A DNA stretch of 64,000 nucleotides from Octopus vulgaris (GCA_951406725.2 OX597821.1:75826001-75890000); one strand, 5' to 3'. Shown: positions 1 to 13,923, numbered from the stretch's first letter. A program made the numbers and translations. The notes: generated by a model not told the origin, from the sequence alone.

Positions 1-33
1 ACCCGAGAGTCTTTCCTAATAATAATAATAATG

Positions 34-83
<50 letters not shown>

Positions 84-87
<4 letters not shown>

Positions 88-318
88 TACATTGTTTTGT
101 CTTGGTATAACAGATGGGCTACAGCAAATATTCTGCTAAATACCACAGATGTGCTTGTCAGTTATTTGACCATAACCAGTTAGCATGTCCCTTAGTGGCT
201 GACTATATGTACATCTCTGATCACATACGGCTGTGATACATGTGCTTGATGTACCCTTATCAGACGGGTAATCATGATAGGTATACTGGGCTTCGTATAT
301 TTTACTGCTCTATCACTC
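84..318 (+). mobile_element. Non-coding interspersed element inside (TAA)n; internally deleted copy of 63040-63563
   Basis: Reverse complement of parts of 63040-63530 (e.g. GATGGGCTACAGCAAATATTCTGCT; TATACTGGGCTTCGTATATTTTAC); (TAA)n on both sides. Confidence 0.75.
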
Positions 319-341
319 AATAATAACTATAATAATAATAA

Positions 342-530
342 TCTTTTCTACTATAGAAACAAGGCTTGTAACTTTGGGGGAGATAATAAGATAGACCCCA
401 GTACGCAAATGGTACTTAATTTATCGACCCCGAAAGGATTTAAGGCAAAGTCGACCTTGGTGGATATTGAACTTAGAACATAAAGATGGATGAAATGCCG
501 ATGGGCCTTTCGTCCAGGGTGCTCGCCGCC
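342..530 (-). mobile_element. tRNA-derived Meta/MESC-type SINE (family A, short-tail variant), degenerate
   Basis: Minus strand starts GGCGGCGAGC and has a TCCTTTCGGGGTCGATAAATTAAGTACC core; ends TAGTAGAAAAG(ATT)n. Confidence 0.8.
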
Positions 531-536
531 TTTGTG

Positions 537-602
<66 letters not shown>

Positions 603-606
<4 letters not shown>

Positions 607-814
607 CTAGTAAAGACACAAGGTCTGAAATTTTGGGGGTAAGGGACTGGTCGATTACATCGACCCCAGCGTTTCAATGGTATTTAATTTATTGACCCCG
701 AAAGGATAAAAAGCAAAGTCAACCCCGCCGGAATTTGAACTCAGAGTATAAGGACAATGGAAATACCGGTAAGCATTTCGGCCGGCGTACTAACGATTCT
801 GCCTGCTCACCGCC
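603..814 (-). mobile_element. SINE family A, short-tail variant
   Basis: A/B-box-like head (GGCGGTGAGCAGGCAGAATCGTTAG ... GAGTTCAAATTCC), shared core, (TTA)n tail. Confidence 0.85.
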
Positions 815-932
815 TTTATATTAATGATAATAAGAATACCAATAATAATAATAATAACAATTAGAAGAAGGAGGAGAAGAAGAAGGAAAAGAAGAGGAAT
901 AACAACAACAACAACAACAATAATAATAATAA

Positions 933-964
<32 letters not shown>

Positions 965-1013
965 ATAATAATAATAATAACAACAACAACGATAATCAAT
1001 ATGAGATGTATAA

Positions 1014-1318
1014 AAAATAGCAAAGTACCACGACTTAGCCATTGAATTACAGAGACTATGGAAAGTGCAGGTAAAATGTATCCCAGTAGTTATAGGTGCA
1101 ATGGGAACTATCCCTAAAGATTTGACCACGTGGATAAAGGAAATAGGCATAAAACCCAGTTTAGTACAGCTCCAGAAAACAGTGTTATTAGGGACCGCTA
1201 GAATATTTGGGAAGGTTCTTGGCATCTAAAGTTACTTGTTGTAGCTGGATGTTAGGAATTTTTCTTTTCCAGCATTATAATTTGTTGTGTATATGAAAAT
1301 AATAGCAACAACACTTGA
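1014..1318 (+). mobile_element. 3' fragment of RLE-type (R4/Dong-like) non-LTR retrotransposon
   Basis: 1014-1229 translates KIAKYHDLAIELQRLWKVQVKCIPVVIGAMGTIPK...LQKTVLLGTARIFGKVLGI*, the K..KY..L...W...PVVIGA.G C-terminus of the RLE domain; TAA-rich repeat upstream, (GAA)n/(TAA)n downstream. Confidence 0.85.
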
Positions 1319-1479
1319 GAAGAAGAAGAAGAAGAAGAAGAAGAAGAAGAAGAAGAAGAAGAAGAAGAAGAAGAAGAAGAAGACGAAGAAGAAGAAGAAG
1401 AAGAAGAAGAAGAAGAAGAAGAAGGAGAAGGAGATGAAGAAGGAGATGAAGAACAACAACAACAACAACAACAACAATG

Positions 1480-1548
<69 letters not shown>

Positions 1549-2212
1549 GTAATAATAATCTTCCCATGATTTTCAGAGTTAAAGGTGAATAATACAAAAG
1601 CTGTTACGAAACGGTATTTACCCCAGGAGGAAAATGAGTTTGTGTGAAGTGTCTTCTGTCAAGCTCCCTTCATGTCAGATGTAGATGAAAACAGTGCTAT
1701 TCCGATTTTACTTTTAGTGAGAGAAAAAATGTCAAATAAAATTGGCGTACCGTGAGGGGAAAGCGATTTTAATAAATGGCAAAGATTAAAATGGAAAATG
1801 GAATATTTTCAGACAAACATTAAAAAAAGAAGCAAATCTATAAATCTGTGTGACGAGATATGTGTGCAAGCGAATTTCAGTGCACGTATTTGAACTATGA
1901 ATGCGTGCGTGTGAAGTACATGCATACATACATACATACATACATACGTACATACCTATATACATCCATATATACATCCATCCAGGCAGCTATCCATGCA
2001 TACATACATTCATACATACATATATACTTATATACATACATACATACATACATATATACATACACGTATTCCTATCGTTGTACATGTCGTATATGATGCA
2101 TGTCTCTATGCGTGTATCCGTGTGAACGTGTAGATACTTTCTTGTGTTTAAGACAGACACACGCTACCAGTGCATATATCTGTCTACCTGCTTGTATGAC
2201 GGGATACTTACG

Positions 2213-2244
<32 letters not shown>

Positions 2245-2394
2245 CGTATCTGTATGTGTATGTATTTGCGAATGCGTATATGAAATAGTATGTGTGTGCA
2301 TATATGTAATTTTACCTAGGGACGCACACATGAACTCTTACATATGTGTACAGCAGCGTAAATATACATGCATTTTCATTTCACTACTTGCATG

Positions 2395-2490
2395 TCGGGC
2401 TTCTTTCAGTTTCCATCTACCAAATGCACTCACACGGCTCGGTCGGCCCGAGGCTGTAGTAGAAGACACTTGCCCAAGGTGCGACGCAGA
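2395..2490 (-). mobile_element. SINE family B fragment (CORE-type, tRNA-derived)
   Basis: GGGCTTCTTTCAGTTTCC...GGCCCGAGGCTGTAGTAGAAGACACTTGCCCAAGGTG matches the other family B copies. Confidence 0.8.
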
Positions 2491-3210
2491 CACGCAAATG
2501 GGTAATTTCAACGACGTTTGATTTTTCGCGACCAGCACTGGGATCTGTTGAGGTAGCAAACCACGAAACCTGGTTGGAATTCCCCCTTGCATCTTCGATT
2601 CCTGTTGATTCAAATAAAAATAGTTGTATTTGCCAGTTTAAAAACACATACTTTTATAACCAGAAAATGTGCTCTCTTATGAATTCCGCTCGGTCTTCAG
2701 ATGACCCCCAATGAAAGGAATATCACCAGAAACAAGTGAAGTATGGAAAATATAATTCCGAACCTTATAGAATACTGTAGACTGCATCAAACGTTGTAAA
2801 ACCCCAATTTCGAAGGAATTGACAAAGTTTTCGACAGAAGCAGTTATTCCATGGCAGAGTTCTAACTATAGTGTAATTACATTAATGACTAGAAGGAATG
2901 AAATCTCGAAGATTCTTCATCTGAGAATGATTTCAGTATTTTTTTATCTTATTTATTTATTTATTTATTTATTCATTTATTAATTTTGCGCTCTTTCAAC
3001 CAAAGCTAATAACTTGTTTCGATGTTCCTCATGACAAAGGTCAGGATCCCATGAAGTTAAATTCTTCACTCCTCGCGGCGGCAGTTGAACTTGTCAAAAT
3101 GTTCTACGAACTCTCCAAGCAACATAACACGTGACATACTTTTTCTATATTCATACACACATACGCGCGCGCAAAATGAAAAATTTATATGCATACATTC
3201 TTACGTGCAC

Positions 3211-3241
<31 letters not shown>

Positions 3242-3263
3242 TGTATGTATGTATGTATGTATG

Positions 3264-3299
<36 letters not shown>

Positions 3300-3380
3300 C
3301 ATGCATACATACATACATACATACACACATATATGCATACATACATACGTACATACATACATACACACACATACCTACCT

Positions 3381-3450
<70 letters not shown>

Positions 3451-3907
3451 AGTGAACTGTTCACTCATTTTGGCAATTTTTAATCTTTAAAAGTACAAAA
3501 GTGTTTCAAATCGGTATTGTTTTTTACACACAGTTTTAAAAGGAATGGAAAAAAGCAAAAGGTGTGTATGTTTGAGTGTGTATATGTATATTATGACATC
3601 CGTCAGGAACACGAGACAGGTTGCATGGACCAAGCTCTTGTTATAAATATATTCCCAGTCTTGGGCTAGTCTTGGGGTGCCGGTCAGAGTGATGAATGTC
3701 CGGTCAGAGTGATGCGTGGGACGTGGGGACTGGAATTATTTGTTTTAATCCCTAAATGAGGATAAGGTTAAATTTCGCGAGATTTGATTTGAAAGCACTG
3801 AGATCGAAAAGGAAATACGCAAGGTTTTCTAGTCATATGAAACACAACGAAAACATGAGGCATACAGAATCAGATATGTTGCATATGTTCGGATGCGTTG
3901 CCATCTG

Positions 3908-3999
<92 letters not shown>

Positions 4000-4069
4000 C
4001 TTTGTGTTCGCACGCTCACCTGAGAATATGTATACATGTACATACATACATACATACGCAAACATACAA

Positions 4070-4205
<136 letters not shown>

Positions 4206-4878
4206 ACATATATATGTATACATACGAGCAAAACGCACCCCGTCCAATGGACGGTGCTGGGTTGTCAAACATTTCAACCAAATTTTCTCAAAACAACTTG
4301 TGCGACCATCCCATAATCGCCCCCTTTGAGAAACACCGATTTAACCTAAATTTGAGACACCTAACAGGCCGGCTTTTTTTGCGCATGAGGTCATGAGCTG
4401 TCGATAAAACGTTATCGAGAAGGCCAAAACGAATAGTCGAACCCTTTGTATTTAGACAATATTTCTTTCTTAGAGAAACAAAATATTTCTTGGTAAACAA
4501 TATTAAGTTCTTGCAACGTGCAAGAGTAACGCTTCTGAGAAATATACACCTCTTAAGTCGCCCAAACGAAGCATTGTTATTTCTAGTTAATTAAGTGTTT
4601 GAAAAAGGTTTTCCAATAATATGAGCAAGAGCATCGTCGTAAGAAATATTAGTTTCCTCATCGTTTTCAGTTCTGTATTCCCATATATGTACTTAGGATT
4701 TAACTAGGTAACTTCCATGAATACATACATACATACATACATACATACATTATGGCTGCCCCCTCGTTACCGAGTATGGCCATTGCACGAAGCTTAACTG
4801 TTACTGGTGCTGTGATCGAATGTGACTTTTTAGCCCACCTAAAGATCTACAATGTCTTGTACAAAACATACATACATA

Positions 4879-5263
4879 TCTCTCTATATATAAACGGCAG
4901 TTTGTCTGTGCGTGTTTCTGTGTGTCTGTTTGCTTGTACCCTCACCCTGACCACGGCTTTCAACCGATTCTGATGAAACTTGACACACACATAGCCCAAT
5001 GTCATAATTCAAAATTAACGCAGCGAAAATTTTGAAAAGTTCCCCCAGTTCTGAAAAAAATCGATAAATTCGACATGGGGTCGAGAATCAGAAACACAAA
5101 CCGCAAACTGTCTAGGGGACGCAACTCCACCTTTTTTACTCTCAAAAAAGATTTACCATCATTTTTTTTCCATTTTTTTTTCTATGTTTTGGCTATAACT
5201 CTCTAAAAATGCTTTATAGTTATTTCCCTTACAAACCTGAGCAACGCCGGGCGATACTGCTAG
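4879..5263 (+). mobile_element. Non-autonomous Helitron
   Basis: 5' TC after A, 3' CTAG before T, subterminal GC hairpin (CCTGAGCAACGCCGGG), no TSD; 5' ~260 bp shared with 33241-33679. Confidence 0.8.
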
Positions 5264-5303
<40 letters not shown>

Positions 5304-6849
5304 TTCATATACATATACACATATACATATATATACACAGATTCAAACATACATATATGTATATATATAATTGTATATATACATGCATACATAGATACAT
5401 ACATATATATGTATATAATATATATCATATATATATATACAACTTATATAATTATATAATTATATATAGATAGATACACACACATACATGCATATACATA
5501 TACATATGTATATGTATAGATTTATACACACACATAATATATATATGTGTGTGTGTATGCGTGTACGTTTGTGTGTGTGCTAGATACTACTTAACATACA
5601 TACTCTCTCTATCTCTACGTATATGTGTGTGTGCTTGTGTTTATACACACACACGCTCAAATACTCACACGTATAGAAAGACAGAGATGGGAACACAGAG
5701 TTGAATGAGAACTCCCAAGATAGGCAGAGAGGTGTAGACGCAGATAAATAAATATCTACATAATACACACATCGGCGCTTACATGTTTGTCAGTTTATTT
5801 GTGTAATTATATAAAATAATGCACATGTACATCTCTGCATCATGTTCCTACGTCTATAGGATACAAAGTTAAGAAATATAAAATATAATGAGTATATAAT
5901 CGCGTATGTGTTCTTTTGTTTAAACCTCCATGTATATATACACACTCTGCTCATATACCCCCATGCACACATTCGCTCACATAGTCATGGAAGAGAACGT
6001 CTATATTAATCGATATGTTTCTTTCTTTTTTTAATTATTACCCAACGTTATATATCTCCCTGTTTGGTTGTGATTAGTTCCTTTGTACATAAGAATATTT
6101 TCACATCAGCACCTCCGGCCATTGTATTGCTGTTAAGGATAAGTGCTCCACACACTTCAATAACCATTATGGTGTCGTTGCTCAACTAATTCTCACCTAT
6201 GAGGAAGAACATTAGAGACATTCAGTAAAGGCCTCTTTCTTTACAATTTCCCAACATCACTCCACTATAGATAACAAAGTATTCCAACCAATTGCTTTTA
6301 CTCTGATGAAATAAAACACGGTTGAATTAACCTAATTTCTATGGCAATATATACACTATAGCTGTTCGTAAACAACTCGTTGGCTTGCAGAGAAACGAGC
6401 AATAAATGAACGAAGATTCTTCTCTGTTCTACACTATGAATCAGTTTTACAGTCTACTCTGTGATACACTCAGATAGGTGTCTAATAACTAGTTCCTACC
6501 AGCTGCAGTTTACTTGACGTATCTATACAAACGATTTGAGTAATAAATCTTACGGTTGGATAACATGAAGGATCAGAAGATATGCTTGTGAAAAGACTCT
6601 TTACCTAAGCCTAATCAGTAAGGCCAACCTTTTCTAAGAAGTTTCTACACAGAATATACTCCCACCAAGGGACTAAACTGCAACAAAATATGATTGCTTT
6701 TTCAACTTCTATATTTTTCTTCAGAACACTGATTTTGCTGAAGGCCTAAATTGGAACCATAAAATGTTGCAAAGATGATAGATTTTTCTTTGTATAAAGG
6801 ACAATAGTTCGTAAAAATGGATATTTTTCTCAACATGAACGAGGCCAAA

Positions 6850-8340
6850 TTTTTATGTAGGTCTTATTATCACTTCAAAGAGTTTCTGTCTGCCAGAGAA
6901 CTTTCATGACATTACTTATGAAGCGGCTTTTGCAGTGACATTTTCTTTATCTGCTACGTAGACGAAATAATGTACCTTTGGGAACGCTTCTGCTCGTTTT
7001 ACGAATACGACTAGTGGAAGTTATTCTAGAAAATACTTTACCGTTTTCTTCTCTTTGTGTGCAAAGAAATTTTTGGTAATGTTATTTCATGCACAGATTT
7101 ATAATTTGAATATCGAGAAATCGTTCTGTTTTCATATGTAAGTTGTCGTAAAACTTACGATCGTTTTCAGCCAACGGACTGCTGTTTGCTTTGTGTTGTT
7201 TGTTGTATATTATCTCACTCTACACATGTTTTGTTAGCGTTCTCTTTATACGCCTAATAACAATGAATAGTTTGTCATATTTTCACACCCAATTTCCTTT
7301 CATCTAAGAAATATAAAGAGACATACGGATATACTTTATGTTTTCCTCAACAAATAATTCTTTCCAATAATTTTTATATTATTAATGATTGTATTGTTAA
7401 TATTTCCTATATGGCTTTCAGGAATTCACCAACTGAAGCATTTAAAAGCAATTAATGTTACCTACAAGCTAATGCATAAAGAAGTTGACAAAGTTTTCTT
7501 TTGAAAGCACTTATAACTTATAATATTCATTCTAGCCACGAATAAAAGCTAAGAATAATGATGAGAAGCCACTACATTCGAAGTGTGCACAGGACATTTA
7601 CTGCTTTATTCATCTCTATTTTATAAACAATTCAGAGCAGTGTTCAAACCCCCCGTGATACTTACCCTTTCTATAAAGGAATAACATGTTTAACGTTTTA
7701 GGTTTACATTAGGGCTCCCTTTGATATGAGACTTCTATAAAGAAATGAATTTATCAAGCATCGTTTCACAGAATGTATTTATCTAAGAACTATTCCATAA
7801 TATATTTTAATATTGCAATGAAAACATCCGGTTCTTCTTAAAGAATATTTGCTCCATCAATAAAGATTTCTATGTCCGTGTATTCCATCCATAGTAAAGC
7901 AATTGTAGGTACGCAGTATGCGGAATGAAGTCTCTTACTAGGTATCGAACTTGCACACTTAACTTGTCTCATCAACAGCTTGCCCAAATTGTTTTATTAT
8001 TTGTTTGTTTTGCTATAAAAATGTAGTATAATCGGCAGAGGGCCAGAAATTCTATCAGTCGCACTACATTATGTCCGATTAAAGGTGTCTGAAGTTGACC
8101 AATTTTTCACTTAGCTGTGAAAAGGCTACTCAGGGTAAGGAATTTTGCCACAATCAGCAGCGACAGTACTTTAGAAGAGATTAGTCGTTCATCGTCTTGC
8201 AAATCTGAGTTGAAAATTTTATTCACTGCCTCGGAGGGGATAACATTTACCAAGCTAATTTGCCATAGATATGTTGCTAAGTCTTATGACACTCAACTGA
8301 AGACAAAATGTGCGATGCTTTCCATCACTAATCTTTAAAA
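6850..8340 (-). pseudogene. Heavily decayed hAT-like (ZMYM1-like) transposase remnant, tentative
   Basis: Broken minus-strand frames resemble DETTD (~8170-8200), GQ.xD (~8085-8105) and HC..H (~7900-7930) in the expected order; many stops and frameshifts. Confidence 0.3.
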
Positions 8341-9249
8341 TATTTTCCCTTAATCGTTAAGTCTGTAAATCATAGTAAGAATCGACACTAACTGTAAAAT
8401 AAAAAGGAGTCACAATGCCATTTGGGGGAAATTATAGACCACACCCCGGGTCTAGTCAGTCTCGTCTAGAAAAGACTTTGGGAATCTAATTGAACGAGAG
8501 AGAGGGGGAGAAGAGAGGGAAAGAGAGATGGAAAAGGAGAGGCAGAGAAAGAGAATTTATATATTTTCTAAGACTGGAGTTTTAGTGACGTAACAGCAGT
8601 AATTTCAAATCTCTTATTCGCCGTACTTCTCATTCTCAATACAGACATGTTGACTTAAACTCGAAACACCAATAGATTATCACTAATACTATGATGTTTT
8701 TAGGTTGAGATAAGTTAGAACCCTAAGACATTCCATACCTTTTAGTTTTTCAACAAGTGAAAGTTAACAATTTTCAAAAACCGATTATCCTTATAGGTCG
8801 ATTCTTAAATTTGCTTTAATAAAGTTCAACTGACAAGAGATAAACATCATCGTTGATTGGACACTAATCTATCGCAAATATGTCCTAGCTATATGACCTT
8901 CAACTATATGTGGTTTACTGTATTATTTTGTAGTACATAACTAAGTTGGTATAAATGGCGGTTAGTTATTGAAATCTGAAAAATTAGGTTGTCAATACTT
9001 GAGTCGCTGTGAACAACGTTACATGAATGTCTATGATTTCGTTAGCTGAACCGCTGTATATATAGTCTATCGCAAATCTGTCACAGCTATATGGCCTTCA
9101 GCATTAACTGTGCTGACTCCTATGTTCTGATTAAGTCCCTTGATCGATTCTGCAAACGTCTTATTTCAGTGGAGAATCTTAAAAGGGGTCAGATTGGTGG
9201 AGCTGTCTAAATACTGACCACGGAAAGATGTAACATAATATCTAAATCA

Positions 9250-11030
9250 AACTACACTGTTTCATTTTGACATTCATGTAGCTATACACAAGTGCAGATC
9301 GGAACTTATTGTTTCATAGATCAAATGTTTTGCTTTAAATGTTCTTGTGTGGTGGGATCGAGAACCACACTCAACGTATTTGTCGAAAAGAAGATTTGTG
9401 CGATGAGCTTTAGAAAAAGAAAGGTTTAAATTCTAATGAAGATCCGTGTACTGACTAAGAAAGGCCGGTTCAAAATATTTAAGAAGCAACTGAGTTTTCC
9501 CAACATAAAATGACTGGTGAAGCTGACGGTGCGAATAAAGGAAATCTATCCTTGTCAGCGGAAAACAAAATTTTGCTGAAGGCGACAACACACCAGAGCA
9601 TGTTTGCAGTGTTGATAAAATAACACTTTTCTGGAAGGCGGAGAGCTGGCAGAAACGTTAGCACACCGGGCGAAATGCTTAGCAGTATTTCGTCTGCTAC
9701 TAGTTCAAATTCCGCTGAGGTCGACTTTGCTTTCATCCTTTCGGGGTCAATTAAATAAGTACCAGTTACGCACTGGGGTCGATATAATCGACTTAATCCG
9801 TTTGTCTGTTCATGTTTGTCCTCTCTGTGTTTAGCCTCTTGTGGGCAGTAAAGAAATAGGCATTTGGTCTGCGTCACGTTCTGAGTTCAAATTCCGCTGA
9901 GGTCGACTTTGCCTTTCCTCCTTTTGGGGTCGATTAAATGTAATCAACTTAATCCCTTTGTCTGCCCTTGTTTGTTCCCTCTATGTTTCGTCCCTTATGG
10001 GCAATAACGAAAAAGAAACAACAGCTTTCTGGAAGTTCAAACCTGAAACAAATTTTATTTTTTCAGAAGAAAATTGAATACCTGAATATAAAGGTCCCAA
10101 AATTGTTTGGCGCTTTTTCGTGGGAAGTAAAATTATGGCCCCTAATCGTGTATCACTTTCAGGGTTACAGAAAGTTTAATTTGCCTCTGATTTGGCGTTT
10201 GAAAAGGAAAGTATTAATGATTAAGTGCTTTTCAAAGATGGGTTTACAAACGAATTTAGTTGTGCAGCAGTAAACAAGTGTCAGACATAATATTTCCACT
10301 AAAACTTTGCTCGTTTTAGACAATGCACCAAACGACTCATAAAATTTAAACAAGCTATTTGATAACATGAGGGGAAGATATGTCACCAAGAATACAATTT
10401 CTTTGTTCAAATGCATCGACCAATGTGTGATGGCGAACATTATAACGTATCACCTGAGAATATTAAAAAAAACTTTATGAAAGCAATTGACAGGGAGGAT
10501 AATCTTAGAGACTCCTGAACGAATTAACATAATGTTGTGGATAAAAAACGATGAAACATGAAATGAAGTAAATCTCACATCTATGAATGGTAAATGAAAA
10601 ATGAATCCCAGACATTACGCGTTTTCCACAAGTAGAGAATGTACATCAAATTCGGAAAGATGTAAAACCTGAAGGTGATGTTGGATGGGAAGACATCATA
10701 GAGGATGATGTGTTTGAGTTGCTAGTGTCCCATTCAGGAGGTTTATTTAAAGTGTAGTCGACGCTGTTAGAAGTAGGGCAAGTTGAAGAACAAACAGTTG
10801 ACGATGAGGAAATACAACGATCTCCAGCCAGTCAAATTAACTCTAAAGAATATTACTAAAGGTGTGGCACTCACAGAGAAAGATCTATATATATATTTTT
10901 TTGCTAAAAGGCTTAACTGTAAATATAACATATAAATTGCGAGAGGAGTTTGCAATGTACTCAGCTCCTACATCCAGATGTACAAAGAGATTACGCGCCA
11001 TAAAGATCGAACTATTCTAGTCCAATTTTT
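9250..11030 (+). pseudogene. Decayed Tigger/pogo DDE transposase, interrupted by a SINE dimer
   Basis: Fragments KGRFKIFKK...NIKMTGEADGA, PEHVCSVDKITLFWK, KLWPLIVYH, LPLIWR, LLVLDNAP, CIDQCVMANIITYHLR are collinear with Tigger motifs (GWF..FKKR, TGEAASAD, FN.DETGLFWK, LLLDNAP, QP.DQG.I..FK..Y). Confidence 0.75.
9637..10019 (+). mobile_element. SINE family A tandem dimer (long-tail), inserted in the Tigger remnant
   Basis: Full copy 9637-9858 plus 5'-truncated copy; flanked by imperfect TSD AACACTTTTCTGGAAG / AACAGCTTTCTGGAAG. Confidence 0.85.
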
Positions 11031-11082
11031 CACCCCTTAAATAAATGTTAATGATCATGAACTATAAGATAAAAGATAGTGC

Positions 11083-11240
11083 TATTTACATTATTTACAT
11101 TTGACGGATATTTGTCCTCATCTTGTTTGTTGTTAACACAACGTTTCAGCTAATATACCCCCCCCAGCCTTCATCTGATGTCTTGGGGGAATTTCGAACC
11201 TGGATTCTCATTCCTCAGGTATTTTTCGATGTTTTTGTTA

Positions 11241-11303
<63 letters not shown>

Positions 11304-11454
11304 TCACTGCCTGGAATCGTGCTCGGAATCTTGGGGTTAGTAGACTGCACTCCTATCCACTACGCAATATGAGGACAAATATCCGTCAAATGTAAATAAT
11401 ATAAATAATATAAATAATGTACATAATTCCTCATCTCTTCAATATAGAACTGTA
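11083..11454 (-). mobile_element. tRNA-headed, hammerhead-motif short retroelement with inverted partial 3' repeat (Penelope pLTR-like), copy 1
   Basis: Minus strand: tRNA-like head 11370-11300, (TAA)n, body with hammerhead core; 11369-11454 is an inverted copy of the 3' part; possible TSD AAGATAGTGC/AAGATAATGC; homologous to 41787-42261. Confidence 0.7.
11135..11182 (-). ncRNA. Degenerate minimal type I hammerhead ribozyme motif
   Basis: GACAT-CAGATGA-A-GGCTG-loop-TAGCT-GAAA-CG-TT-GTGTT; core U4>A substitution, palindromic stem III (ACGT) intact. Confidence 0.55.
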
Positions 11455-11903
11455 GAAGATAATGCCCCTCATCCTTCCAGTAACTCCCTTTCCACCATTG
11501 CCCCTCACACTGTACTCAACATCTTTTGTGATAAGAACGTACCCTGTAACTCCATTATGACGCTTATTTACTCCCTAACGTATTTCGATTCAAATAGTTT
11601 CTGTTTTTCTTTTTCTTATTTCTTCGCATTGTATTGGTATGAGTAGAAATTGCCTTCATTTTTTTTAGAAATAAAACTGGTTGGATTACACTTTGTTGCG
11701 GATTTTTTAAAAGTAATCGCTGGAACGCATTATAACTTTATAATGTGAAAATTCAAAGACAAAATAAATTCGTGATACAGAGTTCTGTGTTACGGCAAGT
11801 TTTTCCTGAATGCGTTACAGCCGTACTGACGGAGGGTAATATATATATGATGTATATATGTATAGATATATGTATGCTATGCATATACACACGTATCAAT
11901 CAT

Positions 11904-11945
<42 letters not shown>

Positions 11946-12060
11946 TCTTTGTATCTATCTATCTATATATGAGTGTGTGTGTGTGCGTGTAAGTATTTAT
12001 ACATGTATATGTATACATACAGATATATATATATGTGTGTGTGTCTGTGTGTGTGTATGC

Positions 12061-12121
<61 letters not shown>

Positions 12122-12482
12122 TATATATAGATACGTATATATAATACGATATAAATATTTATGTGTGTGTGTGTGTCTGCGGGCGTGTGTACGCGCGCGC
12201 GCTTTTGATTACGCTCGTATTGATGTTTTCTTTCTTTTTTCGAGTATCGTTTTTGAATATACTGACGGACAACTTTGTAGGAAAGTGTATATCCAGTCTT
12301 ACAATGTCCTATATATTCAATACAACAAATAACACCAACGCGATCACAACGACGACAAGAATCTCCCATCTCCACCATAACCACCACCATTATCATCATC
12401 ATCATCATCATCATTATCAATAACAACGACAACAACATTATCACTATTTTCAACGGTAAACTGAGCAACAATCGTGGCACGA

Positions 12483-12990
12483 TTTTTCTTCTTCTTCAAC
12501 TTCTTCTTCTTCATATTCTTCTTCTTCTTCTTCTTCTTCTTCTTCTTCTTCTTCTTCTTCTTCTTCTTCTTCTTCTTCTTTTTCTTCTTCTTCTTCTACT
12601 TCTTCTCCTCTTCTTCTTCTTCTCTTCCTTCTTCTTCTCTTCTTCTTCATCCTCTCCTTCTCATCCTCCTCATCCACCTCATCCTCATCCTCATCATATT
12701 CCTCTTCCTCCTCCTCCTCCTTCTTCTTCTCTTTCTTCTTCTTCTTTTTCTTCTCTTCCTTCTTCTTCTCTTCTTCTTCATCCTCTCCTCCTCATCCTCC
12801 TCATCCTCATCCTCATCCTCATCATATTCCTCTTCCTCCTCCTCCTCCTTCTTCTTCTACTTCTTCTTCTTCTTCTTCTTCTTCTTTTTCTTCTTCTTCT
12901 TCTTTTTCTTCTTCTTCTTTTCCTCCTTCTTCTTCTTCTCTTCCTTCTTCTTTGTCTTCTTCTCCTCCTCCTCCTCTTTCTTCTTCTTCT

Positions 12991-13037
<47 letters not shown>

Positions 13038-13110
13038 TGTTTCTCTTCTTCCTTCTTCTTCTGTTTCTCTTCTTCCTTCTCCTCCTCCTCTTCCTTTTTC
13101 TTCTTCTTCT
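12483..13110. repeat. ~630-bp polypyrimidine (TTC/TCC)n tract
   Basis: Direct reading; includes an internal ~60-bp duplication (~12660-12720 and ~12790-12850). Confidence 0.95.
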
Positions 13111-13923
13111 TGCTATATGTGGGTGTAGTTTTCGGTAGGCAAACTTCGTTATTCTGATTTCAGTTGTTTCTATTCGATATTGTTTCGCTCGTTGTTCACG
13201 AAGAGTTGGCCTCACAAGACAATACATGCCTTCGTGTGTGAGCATTTTTCTTAATCCATCAAATCGCTATGTTGTCTTGAAGTCTCAAATATCTTTACAC
13301 CATGCCATCTTTATTATTTTTTTGTTTTGAAATGAAAGAAATTTATAAATAACATATAATAAATTCAAAATATAACTAAAAAATGCTGGCGTAAGAGAAA
13401 AAAAATATTAAATAAAACGAACTGGAAAATTTCTAAAAAAAAATCGTGGAGACGTTAAAAAATGAAGAAAATTGAGGAGGAAGTAATAAATAACAAAAAA
13501 AAACACCAAAAAAAATGATAAAGAAATAAGAATTATCGGGAAGAAATATTTAAAGAAGAATATGGATAAAAAAAAAGTACAAAACAGATCTTGAAAATAA
13601 ATGGTTTGTTCATTCATGTTGAAATTCTAGTCTTGTGGGACCGTAGAAAACAAAAACAAAAACAAAAAAATAGTTGGAAGGCAGAGATTAAACAAAGGGA
13701 AAATCTGAAGAACAAAAGTCTCGCCGCTAGATGGAGCTTTGTGACTAATCTTATCAAAGTACACGCACTCAGAAATAACCAGCGCATTGCTGATACTTTT
13801 GAAGCCAGTGAAATCAAACGATTCAGCTGCTTACTTTTTTTTTCATTTCTTTTCTTATCGCTTCACTTTTATTCAATATATATATATATATATATATATA
13901 TAGATAGATAGATAGATATACAT

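Noticed and set aside
3680-3715. CCGGTCAGAGTGATG duplicated in tandem
   Set aside because: Small local duplication with no further support
4965-4985. CTGATGAAAC inside the Helitrons (also ~33332) resembling a hammerhead core
   Set aside because: No stem II between CTGATGA and GAAA; it is a common internal CCGATT...GAAA(C/T)TTG motif of such elements
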